From Alphaproteobacteria bacterium (GTDB lineage Bacteria; Pseudomonadota; Alphaproteobacteria; UBA828), in the NCBI GenBank assembly GCA_965237415.1, contig CBDEFM010000002.1:3552001-3616000 (forward strand): 64,000 nt of DNA. Direction: 5' to 3'. Of this stretch, positions 1 to 10,914 are shown one piece after another (within the stretch, counting starts at the first letter, position 1; the number at the start of each line of letters is the position of its first letter). The notes below the pieces were generated by a model. The model saw only the letters and a list, made by a program, of their open reading frames with translations, was not told where the DNA came from and ran no database searches. Made by a program: the position numbers and the translations under genes.

Positions 1-493
1 GCCGCCTCTCACCGCCCGAGAGCGCGAGCGAGGGCGTGCGGCGCAAGTGGGTGATCGAGAACTCGGCAAGCAGCTCGTCGAGTGCGAGCTCGCGCTCGTC
101 GCGCGCCGGCACCGACACTTCCAACACCGCGCGGATGTTGTTCTCCACCGTGAGCCCGCGAAAGATCGAGGCCTCCTGCGGCAGGTAGCCGAGGCCGAGC
201 CGGGCGCGGCGATACATGGGAAGCCCCGTAATGTCGTGCCCGTCGAGGAAGACGCGGCCATAGTCCGCCGCCACCAACCCGGTCATTAGGTAGAAGCAGG
301 TCGTCTTGCCGGCACCGTTGGGCCCGAGCAGGCCGACCGCCTCGCCCCGTTGGACGGTCAGGCTGAGGCCGCGCAGGACCGGCCGCTTCCTGAAGCTCTT
401 GCCGAGGTTCTCGGCACGCAGGCCCGGGTTGCCGGCAAGAACAACGGGTGTCGCGGGGCTGCCGTCGAGGCCGACGGTCACCGGCGAAGTCAT
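1..493 (-). CDS. lptB: LPS export ABC ATPase LptB (runs off the left edge)
   Basis: Manual translation from ATG 493: ...GEAVGLLGPNGAGKTTCFY (Walker A); LSGGERR signature at the edge; follows lptA. Confidence 0.93.
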   Translation of the reverse strand, partial: MTSPVTVGLDGSPATPVVLAGNPGLRAENLGKSFRKRPVLRGLSLTVQRGEAVGLLGPNGAGKTTCFYLMTGLVAADYGRVFLDGHDITGLPMYRRARLGLGYLPQEASIFRGLTVENNIRAVLEVSVPARDERELALDELLAEFSITHLRRTPSLALSGGERR

Positions 494-522
494 GCGGCTA
501 TCACCCTGCTGCCGATCACGCG

Positions 523-1077
523 CTACTCGCTTTCCTCCTCCGGGACGAAGAGGCCGTGCACGCGCGCGCTGCCCGCGCCGGACACTCTGCTCACCCCGGT
601 CTCGAGATTCATCGTCAGCGACTCACCCTCGACGATGTTGTTGCCCTGGTGCAGGACCACCCCACCGGCGAGGTCGATGCGGCCTTGTTCTACGTTGTAG
701 ACGCCGCTTTGCCCCTGCGCCGTTTCCCCCGGCGAGGTGATGACGACGTTCCCTTCGGCATCGATGCGCGAGACTCCCAGGTTGCCCTGACCGCCCTCCG
801 CCTCGCGGTAATGGACCGTGAGCATGTCGGCGTTCAGCACCAAGTCGCCCTGAACCGCGTTGACGCTCCCCTCGAAGATGGCGACGTTTTCCAACTGCCG
901 CACTTCGAGCGTATCGGCGGTGATCTCGATCGCCTGGCCAGTTTCGGTGGCTCCATCATCCGCTTCCTGCGCCGTACCTGCCCCGGCCAGCGCAACCGAC
1001 GCCCCGAGCACAGCTGCGAGCAGAGCCATCCGCGACGTGCGCCGCGCCCGTCCGCGCCGACTAGCCCCGGCTCTCAT
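523..1077 (-). CDS. lptA: LPS transport periplasmic protein LptA
   Basis: Signal peptide then IEITADTLEV..AIFEGSVNAVQG..L.AD OstA-like motifs; GGAGG upstream of ATG 1077 (start uncertain). Confidence 0.88.
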   Translation of the reverse strand: MRAGASRRGRARRTSRMALLAAVLGASVALAGAGTAQEADDGATETGQAIEITADTLEVRQLENVAIFEGSVNAVQGDLVLNADMLTVHYREAEGGQGNLGVSRIDAEGNVVITSPGETAQGQSGVYNVEQGRIDLAGGVVLHQGNNIVEGESLTMNLETGVSRVSGAGSARVHGLFVPEEESE

Positions 1078-1792
1078 CGTCTTGCCCTCCCAACGCGCCA
1101 TCGATTCCTCCCACCGCATGCGGGAATAGGGTCATCCGCACCCGGCCGCCGAACGTCATGACCTGCCCCTGGTCGTGGAGCGCGAAATTGCCGGCATCGA
1201 GCAGCCCGTGCGGGCCCTTGCCGCTCACGGGTTCGTCGCCCTTCGCGATCCCTGCCGGCAGGTCGATATGGGCCTCGGTGGTGATAAACTCATGCCCCGC
1301 ATCCGAACGTACCGTGACATCGCCGGCGAGGTCGAGGCGCTCGATGTCGCGCTGGTACCGGCCCTCGTTCGCTGTGAGCGCCAACATGCCGTTCCCTGCC
1401 TGGTCGCCGAAGAAGTCGGCCTCGATACCGCTGAGATGCACGACGGGCGAATCGCTCTCCGGCTGGAATGCTTCCTCCCCCCTCACGGCGTAGGGCCGGT
1501 TCTTTGCATCGGTGCCCTGATAGCTGGCCTTCACCATCGTCAATCTGCCGTCGATCCCCGCGTCCGTGGTCAGCGGGATGTGGAGACCCTCCTCCCCATC
1601 GCCGATGAGCGGCCACGCGACCACGAGGCCGAGCAAGGCGGCGGCCATCGCCGGCAGCAGATAGCGCATGAGGCCGACGAAACCGCTGTATCTTCCGGGG
1701 CTGCCGCCGGCTGCACCGGCCCGCGCCCGGTAGTATCGAAGCTTGCCTGTCGGCACGGGGCTACCCGGCGCGTTGCGGGCTCCGGCACTCAT
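1061..1792 (-). CDS. lptC: LPS export protein LptC
   Basis: One TM helix (YLLPAMAAALLGLVVAWP) then beta-jellyroll-like region; lies between kdsD and lptA. Confidence 0.85.
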   Translation of the reverse strand: MSAGARNAPGSPVPTGKLRYYRARAGAAGGSPGRYSGFVGLMRYLLPAMAAALLGLVVAWPLIGDGEEGLHIPLTTDAGIDGRLTMVKASYQGTDAKNRPYAVRGEEAFQPESDSPVVHLSGIEADFFGDQAGNGMLALTANEGRYQRDIERLDLAGDVTVRSDAGHEFITTEAHIDLPAGIAKGDEPVSGKGPHGLLDAGNFALHDQGQVMTFGGRVRMTLFPHAVGGIDGALGGQDDESRG

Positions 1793-2811
1793 GCGAGACC
1801 TACCCGCAGGCAATCGTGGATATGCACGACGCCGACCGGTCGCTTCTCTTCGACCACGAAGATGTTGGTGATCTGGCACCGGTTCATGAGGTGCACGGCC
1901 TCTGCGCCGAGCGCGCCGGAATGAATGGTCACCGGATTGACGGTCATGATTTCGGAGACCGGTCTTTGTAGCAGGCCCGAATCCATGTGACGTCTGAGGT
2001 CGCCGTCGGTCACGATGCCGACCAGCGCACCTTCGCCGTCGATGGCACCGACGCAGCCGAGGCGCTTGGCGGTCATGACGATCAGGGCCTCCGCCATCGC
2101 CGCATCGGCGCGGACGAGCGGCAGGGAATCGCCCGCGTGCATGATGTCGGCGACCCAGACCAGCCGCCGGCCGAGTTTGCCGCCGGGATGGTAGAGCTTG
2201 AAGTCCTCCGCCGTGAGCCCCTTACGCTCCAGCAGGGCGACCGCGAGCGCATCGCCGAGCGCCAGCATCATGATGGTCGACGTCGTCGGCGCCAGGCCGA
2301 GCGTTCCCGCTTCCGGCTCGTCCGGCAGAACGAGCGCGACGGTGACTGCGTTGGCAAGTGTGCTGGGCGCTTTCCCCACGATGGCGACAAGCGGAATGCG
2401 GAAGCGCTTGGCGTAGTTCAGGAGATCGGCGAGCTCAGGCGTCTCACCCGAGTTCGACAGCATCAGCAACGTGTCTGCATCGGTGATCATGCCGAGATCG
2501 CCGTGGCTAGCCTCCGCCGGGTGAACGAAGAGCGCCGGTGCCCCGGTCGAGGCGAAGGTCGACGCAATCTTGTTGGCGATGTGGCCGCTTTTGCCCATGC
2601 CGGAGACCACGATCCGGCCCTGGGTGGCGGCGAAAATCTTGGTCGCATCGACGAAGCGCCCGGTCAACGCCTCCGAGAGCCGTGCGAGCGCGCGCGATTC
2701 CTGGCTCACCACCCGACGGGCGGCGGCCAGATCGGCATGCTCGATAGCGTCGAGCGCGGCGGATGCAGCAGTCGGGCTCACGGTTTCCGAATTTTGTTTA
2801 AAGCGTGGCAA
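1789..2811 (-). CDS. kdsD: Arabinose-5-phosphate isomerase (SIS+CBS)
   Basis: GMGKSGHIA, HPAEASHGDLG, APTTST, C-terminal CBS pair. Confidence 0.95.
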   Translation of the reverse strand: MPRFKQNSETVSPTAASAALDAIEHADLAAARRVVSQESRALARLSEALTGRFVDATKIFAATQGRIVVSGMGKSGHIANKIASTFASTGAPALFVHPAEASHGDLGMITDADTLLMLSNSGETPELADLLNYAKRFRIPLVAIVGKAPSTLANAVTVALVLPDEPEAGTLGLAPTTSTIMMLALGDALAVALLERKGLTAEDFKLYHPGGKLGRRLVWVADIMHAGDSLPLVRADAAMAEALIVMTAKRLGCVGAIDGEGALVGIVTDGDLRRHMDSGLLQRPVSEIMTVNPVTIHSGALGAEAVHLMNRCQITNIFVVEEKRPVGVVHIHDCLRVGLA

Positions 2812-3023
2812 GCATGATGCCGACCAGGCCGTCCGTCAACGTATATTGCCAGTCTTGTAGCGGTTCGATCTGCCGCAACCCCATATATTGTATGCAATAT
2901 TGGGCATAGCAACCCTGCGCACACGCTTGCCGCAGCGCGGGACGGGTCTTTCCAGGCCGCATTCCTTGACCCGGCGGCGGGCGGGCCTATCCTGCGCCCG
3001 TCGAGGGCTGGAGACGAACGATC

Positions 3024-4019
3024 ATGGAATCTGTCGAAGCGATCGCCGCGGACGCGCCTCCCAGTGCGGCCACCGCGCTCAGGCATGACTGGTCGGCGCC
3101 GGAGGCGGAGGCGCTGCTGGCACTGCCCTTCGCCGAGCTGATGTTCCGTGCGCAGACCGTCCATCGCCGTCACTTCGACCCGAACCAGGTGCAGATGTCG
3201 ACGCTGCTGAGCATAAAGACCGGCGGCTGCCCGGAAGACTGCGCCTATTGTCCGCAGAGCGCCCGCTACGACACCGGGCTCGCAGCCGAGAAGCTGATGT
3301 CACTCGATACGGTGCTGGCCGAGGCCCGGCGCGCCCGGGACGCGGGCGCCACCCGCTACTGCATGGGCGCCGCCTGGAGGAGCCCCAAGGACCGCGACCT
3401 CGATGCGGTGGCCGACATGGTCGCGGGCGTCAAGGCGCTCGGCATGGAGACCTGCGTCACCCTCGGGATGCTGAGCGCGTCTCAGGCGGAGCGGCTCGCC
3501 CATGCCGGCCTCGACTACTACAACCACAATCTCGACACCTCGGAATCGTTCTACGGCGAGATCATCACCACACGCACCTATCAGGACCGGCTCGAGACCC
3601 TGGGCCATGTCCGCGACGCCGGCATTAGCGTCTGCTGCGGCGGCATCGTCGGCATGGGCGAATCGTTGCGCGATCGCGCGGACATGATCGCCACGCTCGC
3701 GAGCCTGCCGACCCATCCGGAGAGCGTGCCCATCAACATGTTGGTGCAGGTCGAGGGCACACCGCTTAACGGCGTCGATGCGCTCGATCCCTTCGAATTC
3801 GTGCGCACGGTGGCGACGACGCGCATCACCATGCCGCGCTCCGTGGTCCGTCTCTCCGCCGGGCGCGAGCAGATGTCGGACGAGATGCAGGCGCTGGCCT
3901 TTCTCGCCGGCGCCAACTCGGTGTTCGTGGGGCCGGAGCTGCTGACGACGCCCAATCCCGCGCGCGAGCGCGACACCCGACTCTTCGCCCGCCTCGGCAT
4001 CGCGCCGATGCCGGCTTAG
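3024..4019 (+). CDS. bioB: Biotin synthase
   Basis: [11 protein letters not shown] radical-SAM motif, YNHNLDT, PESVPIN. Confidence 0.97.
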   Translation: MESVEAIAADAPPSAATALRHDWSAPEAEALLALPFAELMFRAQTVHRRHFDPNQVQMSTLLSIKTGGCPEDCAYCPQSARYDTGLAAEKLMSLDTVLAEARRARDAGATRYCMGAAWRSPKDRDLDAVADMVAGVKALGMETCVTLGMLSASQAERLAHAGLDYYNHNLDTSESFYGEIITTRTYQDRLETLGHVRDAGISVCCGGIVGMGESLRDRADMIATLASLPTHPESVPINMLVQVEGTPLNGVDALDPFEFVRTVATTRITMPRSVVRLSAGREQMSDEMQALAFLAGANSVFVGPELLTTPNPARERDTRLFARLGIAPMPA

Positions 4020-4051
4020 GCGGGGGAGGGGCCGCGCTCCCAACGCTCGCC

Positions 4052-5359
4052 GTGGCGCGCCGCATACCTGCCGACCCTTTCGCGCCGTCGGCGCCCGGTT
4101 GGCTCGCCGAGGGCTACGGTCACATCTGGCTGCCCTACACCCAGATGGCGACCGTGTCGCCGCCGCTGCCGGTAGCCGCAACCAGGGGCTCCCGCATCGT
4201 CCTCACCGACGGCCGTGAGCTGATCGACGGAATCGCGTCGTGGTGGACCGCCTGCCACGGCTACAACCACCCCCACATCCGTGCCGCCGTGGCCGAGCAG
4301 CTGGACACCATGCCCCACGTGATGTTCGGCGGCCTCGCCAACGAGCCGGCGCTCAGGCTGGCGCGCCGCCTGGCCTGCTTGCTCCCCGATCCGCTGGGCC
4401 GGGTGTTCTTCTCGGAGTCAGGCTCAGTGGCGGTGGAGATCGCGCTCAAGATGGCGCTGCAGTACTGGCTCAACCAGGGGGTTCGTGGGCGCCACCGCTT
4501 CGTGAGCTTCCAGGGCGCCTATCACGGAGACACCTTCGCCGCCATGTCGGTGTGCGACCCCGAGGAAGGCATGCACAGCCTGTTCGCCGGCGCTCTGCCA
4601 AAGCAGCACGTCGTGCCGCTGCCCGCTGACGACGCGGGCATGACCGCCTTCGACGCCTATCTTGCCCGGCATGGGGAGGACATGGCGGCGGTCATCGTCG
4701 AGCCGCTGGTCCAGGGCGCGGGCGGCATGCGCTTCCATGCGCCGGAGACGCTGCACGCGCTACGCGCAGCCTGCGACAAGCACGGTCTGCTGCTCATCGC
4801 CGACGAGATCATGACCGGGTTCGGCCGCACCGGTACGCTCTTCGCTTGCGAACAGGCGCAAGTGGTGCCGGACATCGTCACGCTCTCCAAGGCGCTCACC
4901 GGCGGCACCATGGCGCTCGCCGCCACGGTCGCGAGCGATCGGGTGTTCGAGGCCTTCCTTTCGGACGATGCCGACGCCGCGCTCATGCACGGGCCGACGT
5001 TCATGGCCAACCCGCTCGCTTGCGCCGCCGCCAATGCCTCGCTCGATCTGTTCGAGCGGGAGCCGCGCCTCGCCCAGGCGCGCGCGATCGAAGGCCACCT
5101 CGCCGCCGCTCTCGAGTCTGCGCGAACGCTCGCAGGCGTGGTCGATGTCCGTGTGAAGGGCGCGATCGGCGTCATCCAGCTCGACGACATGAGCCGCATC
5201 GACTGGCTCAAGGCGCGCTTCGTGGACGCCGGAGTCTGGGTCCGCCCCTTTGCCGATATCGCTTACGTCACGCCCGCGCTCACCATCGACGAAGCCGACC
5301 TCACCCGGCTCACGGACGCGCTCGTCGCCGTCGTGACCGCGTGGTCCAGGGATCGCTGA
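4052..5359 (+). CDS. bioA: DAPA aminotransferase
   Basis: IWLPYTQM, ASWW, ADEIMTGFGRTG, HGPTFMANPLAC. Confidence 0.96.
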   Translation: MARRIPADPFAPSAPGWLAEGYGHIWLPYTQMATVSPPLPVAATRGSRIVLTDGRELIDGIASWWTACHGYNHPHIRAAVAEQLDTMPHVMFGGLANEPALRLARRLACLLPDPLGRVFFSESGSVAVEIALKMALQYWLNQGVRGRHRFVSFQGAYHGDTFAAMSVCDPEEGMHSLFAGALPKQHVVPLPADDAGMTAFDAYLARHGEDMAAVIVEPLVQGAGGMRFHAPETLHALRAACDKHGLLLIADEIMTGFGRTGTLFACEQAQVVPDIVTLSKALTGGTMALAATVASDRVFEAFLSDDADAALMHGPTFMANPLACAAANASLDLFEREPRLAQARAIEGHLAAALESARTLAGVVDVRVKGAIGVIQLDDMSRIDWLKARFVDAGVWVRPFADIAYVTPALTIDEADLTRLTDALVAVVTAWSRDR

Positions 5360-5381
5360 AGCGCGCGTCCTCCGCGCTGCC

Positions 5382-6947
5382 TCAATCGAAAACGATCGAT
5401 GGCAGCCAGGTGGTGAGCTCCGGGAAGATGCCGAGCACGGCGAGGGCGACCAGCTGGATCAGGACGAAGGGAATGACGCCCTTGTAGATGTCGATGGTGC
5501 GGACCTGACGCGGCGCCACACCTCGCAGGTAGAAGAGCGAGAAGCCGAAGGGCGGGGTCAGGAACGAGGTCTGCAGGTTGACCGCCATCATGATGCCGAG
5601 CCAGATCGGGTTGATGTCCATCCGCAGCAACACCGGCGCGATGATCGGCACCACCACGAAGGTGATCTCGATGAAATCGAGGAAGAAGCCGAGCGCGAAC
5701 ATGATCAGCATGACCACGAACATCGCGCCGACGACTCCGCCCGGAATGTCGGAGAGCGCCTCGTGCACCATGTCGTCGCCGCCGAGGCCGCGGAAGACCA
5801 ATGAGAAGAGAGCGGCGCCGATGAGGATGACAAAGACCATGGCGCTGATCTGCATGGTCGAACGCATGACGGGGACGAGGACGCCGACACGCCAGACTCG
5901 CCAGAGGCTCGTGCCGATGCCATAGACGACGAGCGCGCTGCAGACGAAGGCGGCGATGACCGGCGCGCTAATGCCGCTCCGCGTGACGACGAGGTCGAAC
6001 TGGTTGGCCAGAATCATCATCACGATCAGCCCGCCACCCGCGGCATAGAGCGGTAAGCCGCCACCGCGCGCGAGCCGGGCGCCGGCGAGGATCAGCGAGC
6101 CCACCGCGCCGACCGCCGCCGCCTCGGTGGGCGTCGCGATGCCGGCAAGGATCGAGCCGAGTACGGCGATGATGAGCACGATCGGCGGCACCAGCGCGCG
6201 GCCGATACGCCGCCACAATTCGCGCCAGTCGTCACCCAGCTCGTCGCGCGGGATGGCCGGCGCCGCCGCCGGCCGCAACCAGGCCACGACGATCAGATAG
6301 AGCATATAGAGCGCGACGAGCACCATCCCAGGGAGCAGGGCGCCGGCGAACAGGTCGCCGACCGAGACCGGCTCGGGCGACCAGTTGCCGATGGCGCGCT
6401 GGGCATCGACATAGGCGTTGGAGATCTGCTCGCCGAGGATCACCAGCACGATGGAGGGCGGGATGATCTGGCCGAGCGTACCGGAGGCGCAGATCGCCCC
6501 GGTCGCGAGCTTGGGATCGTAGCCGCGCCGGAGCATCGTCGGCAGCGAGAGAAGTCCCATGGTCACGACGGTCGCGCCGACGATCCCGGTGGACGCGGCG
6601 AGCAGCGCGCCGACCGCGATCACCGAAATCCCGAGACCGCCACGCAGCCCGCCGAAGAGCCGACCCATGGCCTCGAGCAGCTCTTCCGCCACCTTCGAGC
6701 GTTCCAGCATCACGCCCATGAAGACGAAGAGCGGCACCGCGATCAGAACCTCGTTCCACATCGCATTGCCGAAGATGCGCTGCGGCATGGCGCGCATGAA
6801 GCTGATGTCGAAGGCACCGAATGCGTACGAGAAAAGCCCGAACAGTGCGGCCACGCCAGAGAGCGTGAAGGCGACCGGGAATCCCGCCAGAAGGCAGCCG
6901 AGGGTCGTCACGAACATGACGATGACGAGGATCTCGCCGACGTCCAT
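5382..6947 (-). CDS. dctM: TRAP transporter large permease
   Basis: Polytopic membrane protein; SGTLGQIIPPS, TPTEAAAVGA, FLTPPFG. Confidence 0.93.
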   Translation of the reverse strand: MDVGEILVIVMFVTTLGCLLAGFPVAFTLSGVAALFGLFSYAFGAFDISFMRAMPQRIFGNAMWNEVLIAVPLFVFMGVMLERSKVAEELLEAMGRLFGGLRGGLGISVIAVGALLAASTGIVGATVVTMGLLSLPTMLRRGYDPKLATGAICASGTLGQIIPPSIVLVILGEQISNAYVDAQRAIGNWSPEPVSVGDLFAGALLPGMVLVALYMLYLIVVAWLRPAAAPAIPRDELGDDWRELWRRIGRALVPPIVLIIAVLGSILAGIATPTEAAAVGAVGSLILAGARLARGGGLPLYAAGGGLIVMMILANQFDLVVTRSGISAPVIAAFVCSALVVYGIGTSLWRVWRVGVLVPVMRSTMQISAMVFVILIGAALFSLVFRGLGGDDMVHEALSDIPGGVVGAMFVVMLIMFALGFFLDFIEITFVVVPIIAPVLLRMDINPIWLGIMMAVNLQTSFLTPPFGFSLFYLRGVAPRQVRTIDIYKGVIPFVLIQLVALAVLGIFPELTTWLPSIVFD

Positions 6948-6953
6948 GGCGGG

Positions 6954-7517
6954 TCAGGCGGCCTCGCCGCCCGGCTCTGCGGTTGCGTCGTGGCGCGATT
7001 GACGGCCGGCGAGGGTGAGTATTGCGTGGAGCGCGAGGGAGAGGCCCTGCAAGATGATGAGAACCACGAACGCGAGGATCATCGACTTGAGCGCATAGAC
7101 CGCATGAATGCCGCTGGTCTCCTTCGAGCCTTCGAACACCGACCAGGATTGCGCCAGATAGGGCCAGGTCGCCCAGCCGATGATCACGCAGACCGGCAGC
7201 AGAAAGAGGATGACACCAAGAAGATCGATGAGTGCGCGCCGGCGCGGTCGCGCGTCCCGGTAAAAGATATCGACCCGGACGTGGCCGCCGTGAAGCAGCG
7301 TGTAGCCGGCACCCACCATGAACAGGGTGGCGTGGAGGTAGATCACCCCTTCCTGCATCGCGATGAAGCCCACACCGAAGATGTAGCGCATCACCACGAC
7401 GACGAACTGGAGGAGCACCATAAGAAGAGCGAGCCACGACGCGACGCGACCGATGTGCTCGTTAGCGGCGTCGATTACGCGCGTGAGCGCGGCTAATGCG
7501 GAGAGAAACGCCTGCAT
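6954..7517 (-). CDS. dctQ: TRAP transporter small permease
   Basis: 4 TM helices, GHVRVDIFY motif. Confidence 0.92.
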   Translation of the reverse strand: MQAFLSALAALTRVIDAANEHIGRVASWLALLMVLLQFVVVVMRYIFGVGFIAMQEGVIYLHATLFMVGAGYTLLHGGHVRVDIFYRDARPRRRALIDLLGVILFLLPVCVIIGWATWPYLAQSWSVFEGSKETSGIHAVYALKSMILAFVVLIILQGLSLALHAILTLAGRQSRHDATAEPGGEAA

Positions 7518-7656
7518 CTTATCTCAGGCGATCGGCACTCCGGCCCGGCAGCAGCCCTCACGTACGTCGCCCCGAAGCCCCGCGCCGGCGGTGGATCGAT
7601 TCCGTCTCGCCGGCGAGATTCGGGGCGGGCCTCCACCGCCCGCCCCGAGTATGCGT

Positions 7657-8775
7657 CTAGCTGCCGTAGGAGAACGGAAGAAGCCTCGCGTTCCCGTAAG
7701 CCAGGTTCGAGAGCTTGTCGTAGGCGAGCGCCTTCTTGCGGAAGGCGATCAAGCTCTCGAAGACGCGCTGTGTGAGGCCGCCTTCGGCGCCGACCTCGGC
7801 CACCACCTGACCGGACGCCTCGCCGAGCGCGTTCAGCATCTCGTCCGACACGCGCCGCACCTGAACGCCATGCTCGTTGATGAGCGTCTCCAGCGCGTCG
7901 CTGTTGCGCGCGTTGAACTCGGCCAGGACGTAGCTGTTCTCGGCGGCGGCGGCGGTCTGGAACAGGCTCTGATCCGAGGCGCTGAGGCTTTCCCACACTT
8001 CCTTGTTGATGCCGAAGCTCAGGACCGTGCCGGGCTCGTGGAAGCCGGGCCAGTAGTAGTACTTGGTGATCTTGTAGAACCCGAAGGCGAGGTCGTTCCA
8101 CGGCCCCACCCATTCGGTGGCGTCGATCGTGCCCGACTGCAGCGCCGGGAAGATCTCACCGCCGGGCAGGGCGATGGCGGTCGCGCCGACGCGGCGCAGG
8201 ACCTCGCCGCCGAGGCCCGGCATGCGCATCTTGAGGCCCTTGAAGTCCTCGACCGAGTTCATCTCCTTGTTGAACCAGCCGCCCCACTGGACGCCCGTGT
8301 TCCCGGCCATCAGTGGCTTCAGGTTGAAGTCAGCCCCGAGTTCGTCCCAGAGCTCCTGGCCGCCCGCATGGTAGATCCAGGCGTCGACCTCGCTCGCCGT
8401 CAGCCCGAAGGGAACGGTGGCGAAGAAGTTGAAGGCCTTGGACTTGCCCTGCCAGTAGTACTCGGCGGCGTGGTACATGTCCGCAGTCCCCTGGGAGACG
8501 GCGTCGAAGGATTCGAAGGGCGGTACCAGTTCGCCGGCAGCGAACAGCTTGACCTCGATGCGGCCCTCGGTCCCGCTGGTGATGCGGTCGGCGAGACGCT
8601 GCGCGCCGGTCCCGAGGCCGGGGAAGTTCTTCGGCCACGTCGTGACCATCTTCAGTTGCCTCGTGCCCTGCGAGATCGCGGGTGCGGGGAAGCTCGATGC
8701 CGCGGCGGCTGCCACGGCGGCCCCTGCGATAGCCGTTCCCTTGAGGAGGCTGCGTCGTCCTATCTTCATGCTCAT
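7657..8775 (-). CDS. dctP: TRAP substrate-binding protein (TakP-like, Tat signal)
   Basis: GRRSLLKG twin-arginine signal, KMRMPGLGG, EWVGPWND. Confidence 0.92.
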   Translation of the reverse strand: MSMKIGRRSLLKGTAIAGAAVAAAAASSFPAPAISQGTRQLKMVTTWPKNFPGLGTGAQRLADRITSGTEGRIEVKLFAAGELVPPFESFDAVSQGTADMYHAAEYYWQGKSKAFNFFATVPFGLTASEVDAWIYHAGGQELWDELGADFNLKPLMAGNTGVQWGGWFNKEMNSVEDFKGLKMRMPGLGGEVLRRVGATAIALPGGEIFPALQSGTIDATEWVGPWNDLAFGFYKITKYYYWPGFHEPGTVLSFGINKEVWESLSASDQSLFQTAAAAENSYVLAEFNARNSDALETLINEHGVQVRRVSDEMLNALGEASGQVVAEVGAEGGLTQRVFESLIAFRKKALAYDKLSNLAYGNARLLPFSYGS

Positions 8776-8804
8776 GTCCTTGGGTCTCCCCTGGATGGTT
8801 GTGG

Positions 8805-9602
8805 TCAGTGATTCGAGACGTCCTGGCCGCCTTCACGAGCGTCCAGGATCGTCCAGCCGTCGGCGCCATGCACCTCCAGCGGGCGAAAGCGCGCCTTGTA
8901 GTCCATCTTGTCGCAGCCGTCGATCCAGTAGCCGAGATAGAGGTAGGGCAAGGCCCGCTCGCGGGCGTCGCCCAAGAGGCTCAGGATCATGTAGCTGCCT
9001 GGGCTGTCCTTGACCCGTAAGGGCTCGTAGAAGGAATAGACCGCCGACAGCCCATCGGCGACGATATCGAAAACGCAGACGCCGTAGAGGCGCCCGCCGG
9101 AGCTGCGAAACTCGGCAAGGCGGGTTTCGACGGCGCTTTCCTCGACGAGGGCGCCGTAACCCTCGCGCCCCATGCTCGCCATCGTGCCGTCGGGGTGCCG
9201 GGCCGCCAGGTAACGTTGAAAGAGCGCGTGGTGATCGGGCCGGGCCAGTGCCGGCATCACGCTCATCGTGACTTCTGCATTTCTCGCGATGACGCGACGG
9301 AGCGACCGGCTCGGCGTAAACGCGTTCACACAGACCCGCGCCGAGACGCAGGCCCGGCAACCGGGACACGCCGGGCGGTAGGCCGCGAGGTGGCTGCGGC
9401 GAAAGCCCCCGCGCAGCATCTCGTCGTAGGCCAGGTCCGCACGCGGGCCGGCGAGCGCCGTGACGATCGAGCGCTCCCGGCGTCCCGGAAGGTAAGGGCA
9501 GCGCCGGAGCGGCGTCACACCCAAGAAGCTGAGCCCGCCGCCGAACGGAGCCCCGGCCCGCGCCGGGGCTTGTCTCTCAAGCGGACGGTTCTCGCTGGTC
9601 AT
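8805..9602 (-). CDS. bpt: Aminoacyl-tRNA-protein transferase (ATE/Bpt family)
   Basis: CPYLPGR, GFRRS..AYRPACPGC, LSAVYSFY, YLYLGYWI..C.KM.YK. Confidence 0.9.
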   Translation of the reverse strand: MTSENRPLERQAPARAGAPFGGGLSFLGVTPLRRCPYLPGRRERSIVTALAGPRADLAYDEMLRGGFRRSHLAAYRPACPGCRACVSARVCVNAFTPSRSLRRVIARNAEVTMSVMPALARPDHHALFQRYLAARHPDGTMASMGREGYGALVEESAVETRLAEFRSSGGRLYGVCVFDIVADGLSAVYSFYEPLRVKDSPGSYMILSLLGDARERALPYLYLGYWIDGCDKMDYKARFRPLEVHGADGWTILDAREGGQDVSNH

Positions 9603-9651
9603 CCGCTCGATTATAGGCCTGTGCCTCAGTTCGCCAAGCAGGCGGTTGAGT

Positions 9652-10914
9652 TCAGACCGCGCGCCAGCCGATATCCCGGCGGCAGAAGCCCTCCGGCCAG
9701 TCGATTCGCCGGACGGCCTCGTAGGCCAGGCTCTGGGCGGCGGCAACGGTCGTGCCCAGCGCAGTGACGCCCAGCACGCGCCCGCCTGCGGCAGCGATGC
9801 CGGCGTCGCCGCGCGCTGTCCCAGCATGGAACACGGTGACATTGCCCAACGCTTCGGCCGCGTCGATGCCGCGAATCGTGCTGCCCTTCTCGTAGGCGCC
9901 GGGATAGCCCTTGGTCGCGAGCACGACGCAGAGCGCGGCCTCGTCGCGCCAGCGCAGGTCGAAGTCCCTGAGCTCGCCGTCATGCGCGGCCATCAGCGCG
10001 GCCAGAAGGTCGGACTTGAGCCGCGGCACGAGCACTTGGCACTCCGGGTCGCCGAATCGGGCGTTGACCTCGAGCAGCTTGGGCCCATCTGCGGTGAGCA
10101 TGAGGCCGGCGTAGAAGACGCCGGTATAGGGCGTGCCGTCCTCCGCCAGGCCGCGCACGAGCGGCGCCACAATCCGCTCGCGCGCCTCCTCGCAAAGCGC
10201 CGGAGTCATTGCCGGCGCCGGGGAGTAGGCGCCCATGCCGCCGGTGTTCGGCCCGGTATCGCCCTCGCCGACGGCCTTGTGGTCCTGCGCCGTCTCCAGC
10301 GGCAACACCGTCTCGCCGTCGATCAGGGCGAAATAGCTGGCCTCCTCGCCCACCAGCATCTCCTCGATCACGAGCTCCGCGCCGGCCTCGCCGAAGGCGC
10401 CATCCAGCGCGGCCCGCGCTGCATCGAGGGCCTCATCCTCCGTCTCGGCGAGCACAACTCCTTTGCCGGCGGCGAGCCCGTCGGCCTTGACCACCACCGG
10501 TGCTCCTTGCTCGGCGATGAACGCCTCGGCCTCCGCGAGCGAATCCGCGCGCCGATAGGCGGCGGTCGGCACGCCGTGGCGCGCGCACATGTCCTTCATG
10601 AAGCCTTTCGATCCCTCGATTCGCGCGGCGGCCGCGCGCGGGCCGAAGGCGGCGATGCCGTCGGCCTCGAGTCGGTCGACGAGGCCTGCGCAAAGCGGCG
10701 CCTCCGGCCCCACCACGACGAAGTCGATCGTCTGCTCGCGGCAGAACGAGACCAGTCCGTCGAAGTCCATGGGGTCCAGCGCTACGCACGTCGCCTCGTT
10801 CTCGATCCCGGCGTTCCCCGGCGCGCACCAGAGCGCGCCCAGCAGCGGCGACGCTGCGAGCTGCCAGCAGAGAGCATGCTCGCGCCCGCCCGAACCCACG
10901 ACCAGAACATTCAT
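9652..10914 (-). CDS. purD: Phosphoribosylamine-glycine ligase
   Basis: GSGGREHAL, KADGLAAGKGV, GPNTGGMGAYSP, NARFGDPE. Confidence 0.97.
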   Translation of the reverse strand: MNVLVVGSGGREHALCWQLAASPLLGALWCAPGNAGIENEATCVALDPMDFDGLVSFCREQTIDFVVVGPEAPLCAGLVDRLEADGIAAFGPRAAAARIEGSKGFMKDMCARHGVPTAAYRRADSLAEAEAFIAEQGAPVVVKADGLAAGKGVVLAETEDEALDAARAALDGAFGEAGAELVIEEMLVGEEASYFALIDGETVLPLETAQDHKAVGEGDTGPNTGGMGAYSPAPAMTPALCEEARERIVAPLVRGLAEDGTPYTGVFYAGLMLTADGPKLLEVNARFGDPECQVLVPRLKSDLLAALMAAHDGELRDFDLRWRDEAALCVVLATKGYPGAYEKGSTIRGIDAAEALGNVTVFHAGTARGDAGIAAAGGRVLGVTALGTTVAAAQSLAYEAVRRIDWPEGFCRRDIGWRAV

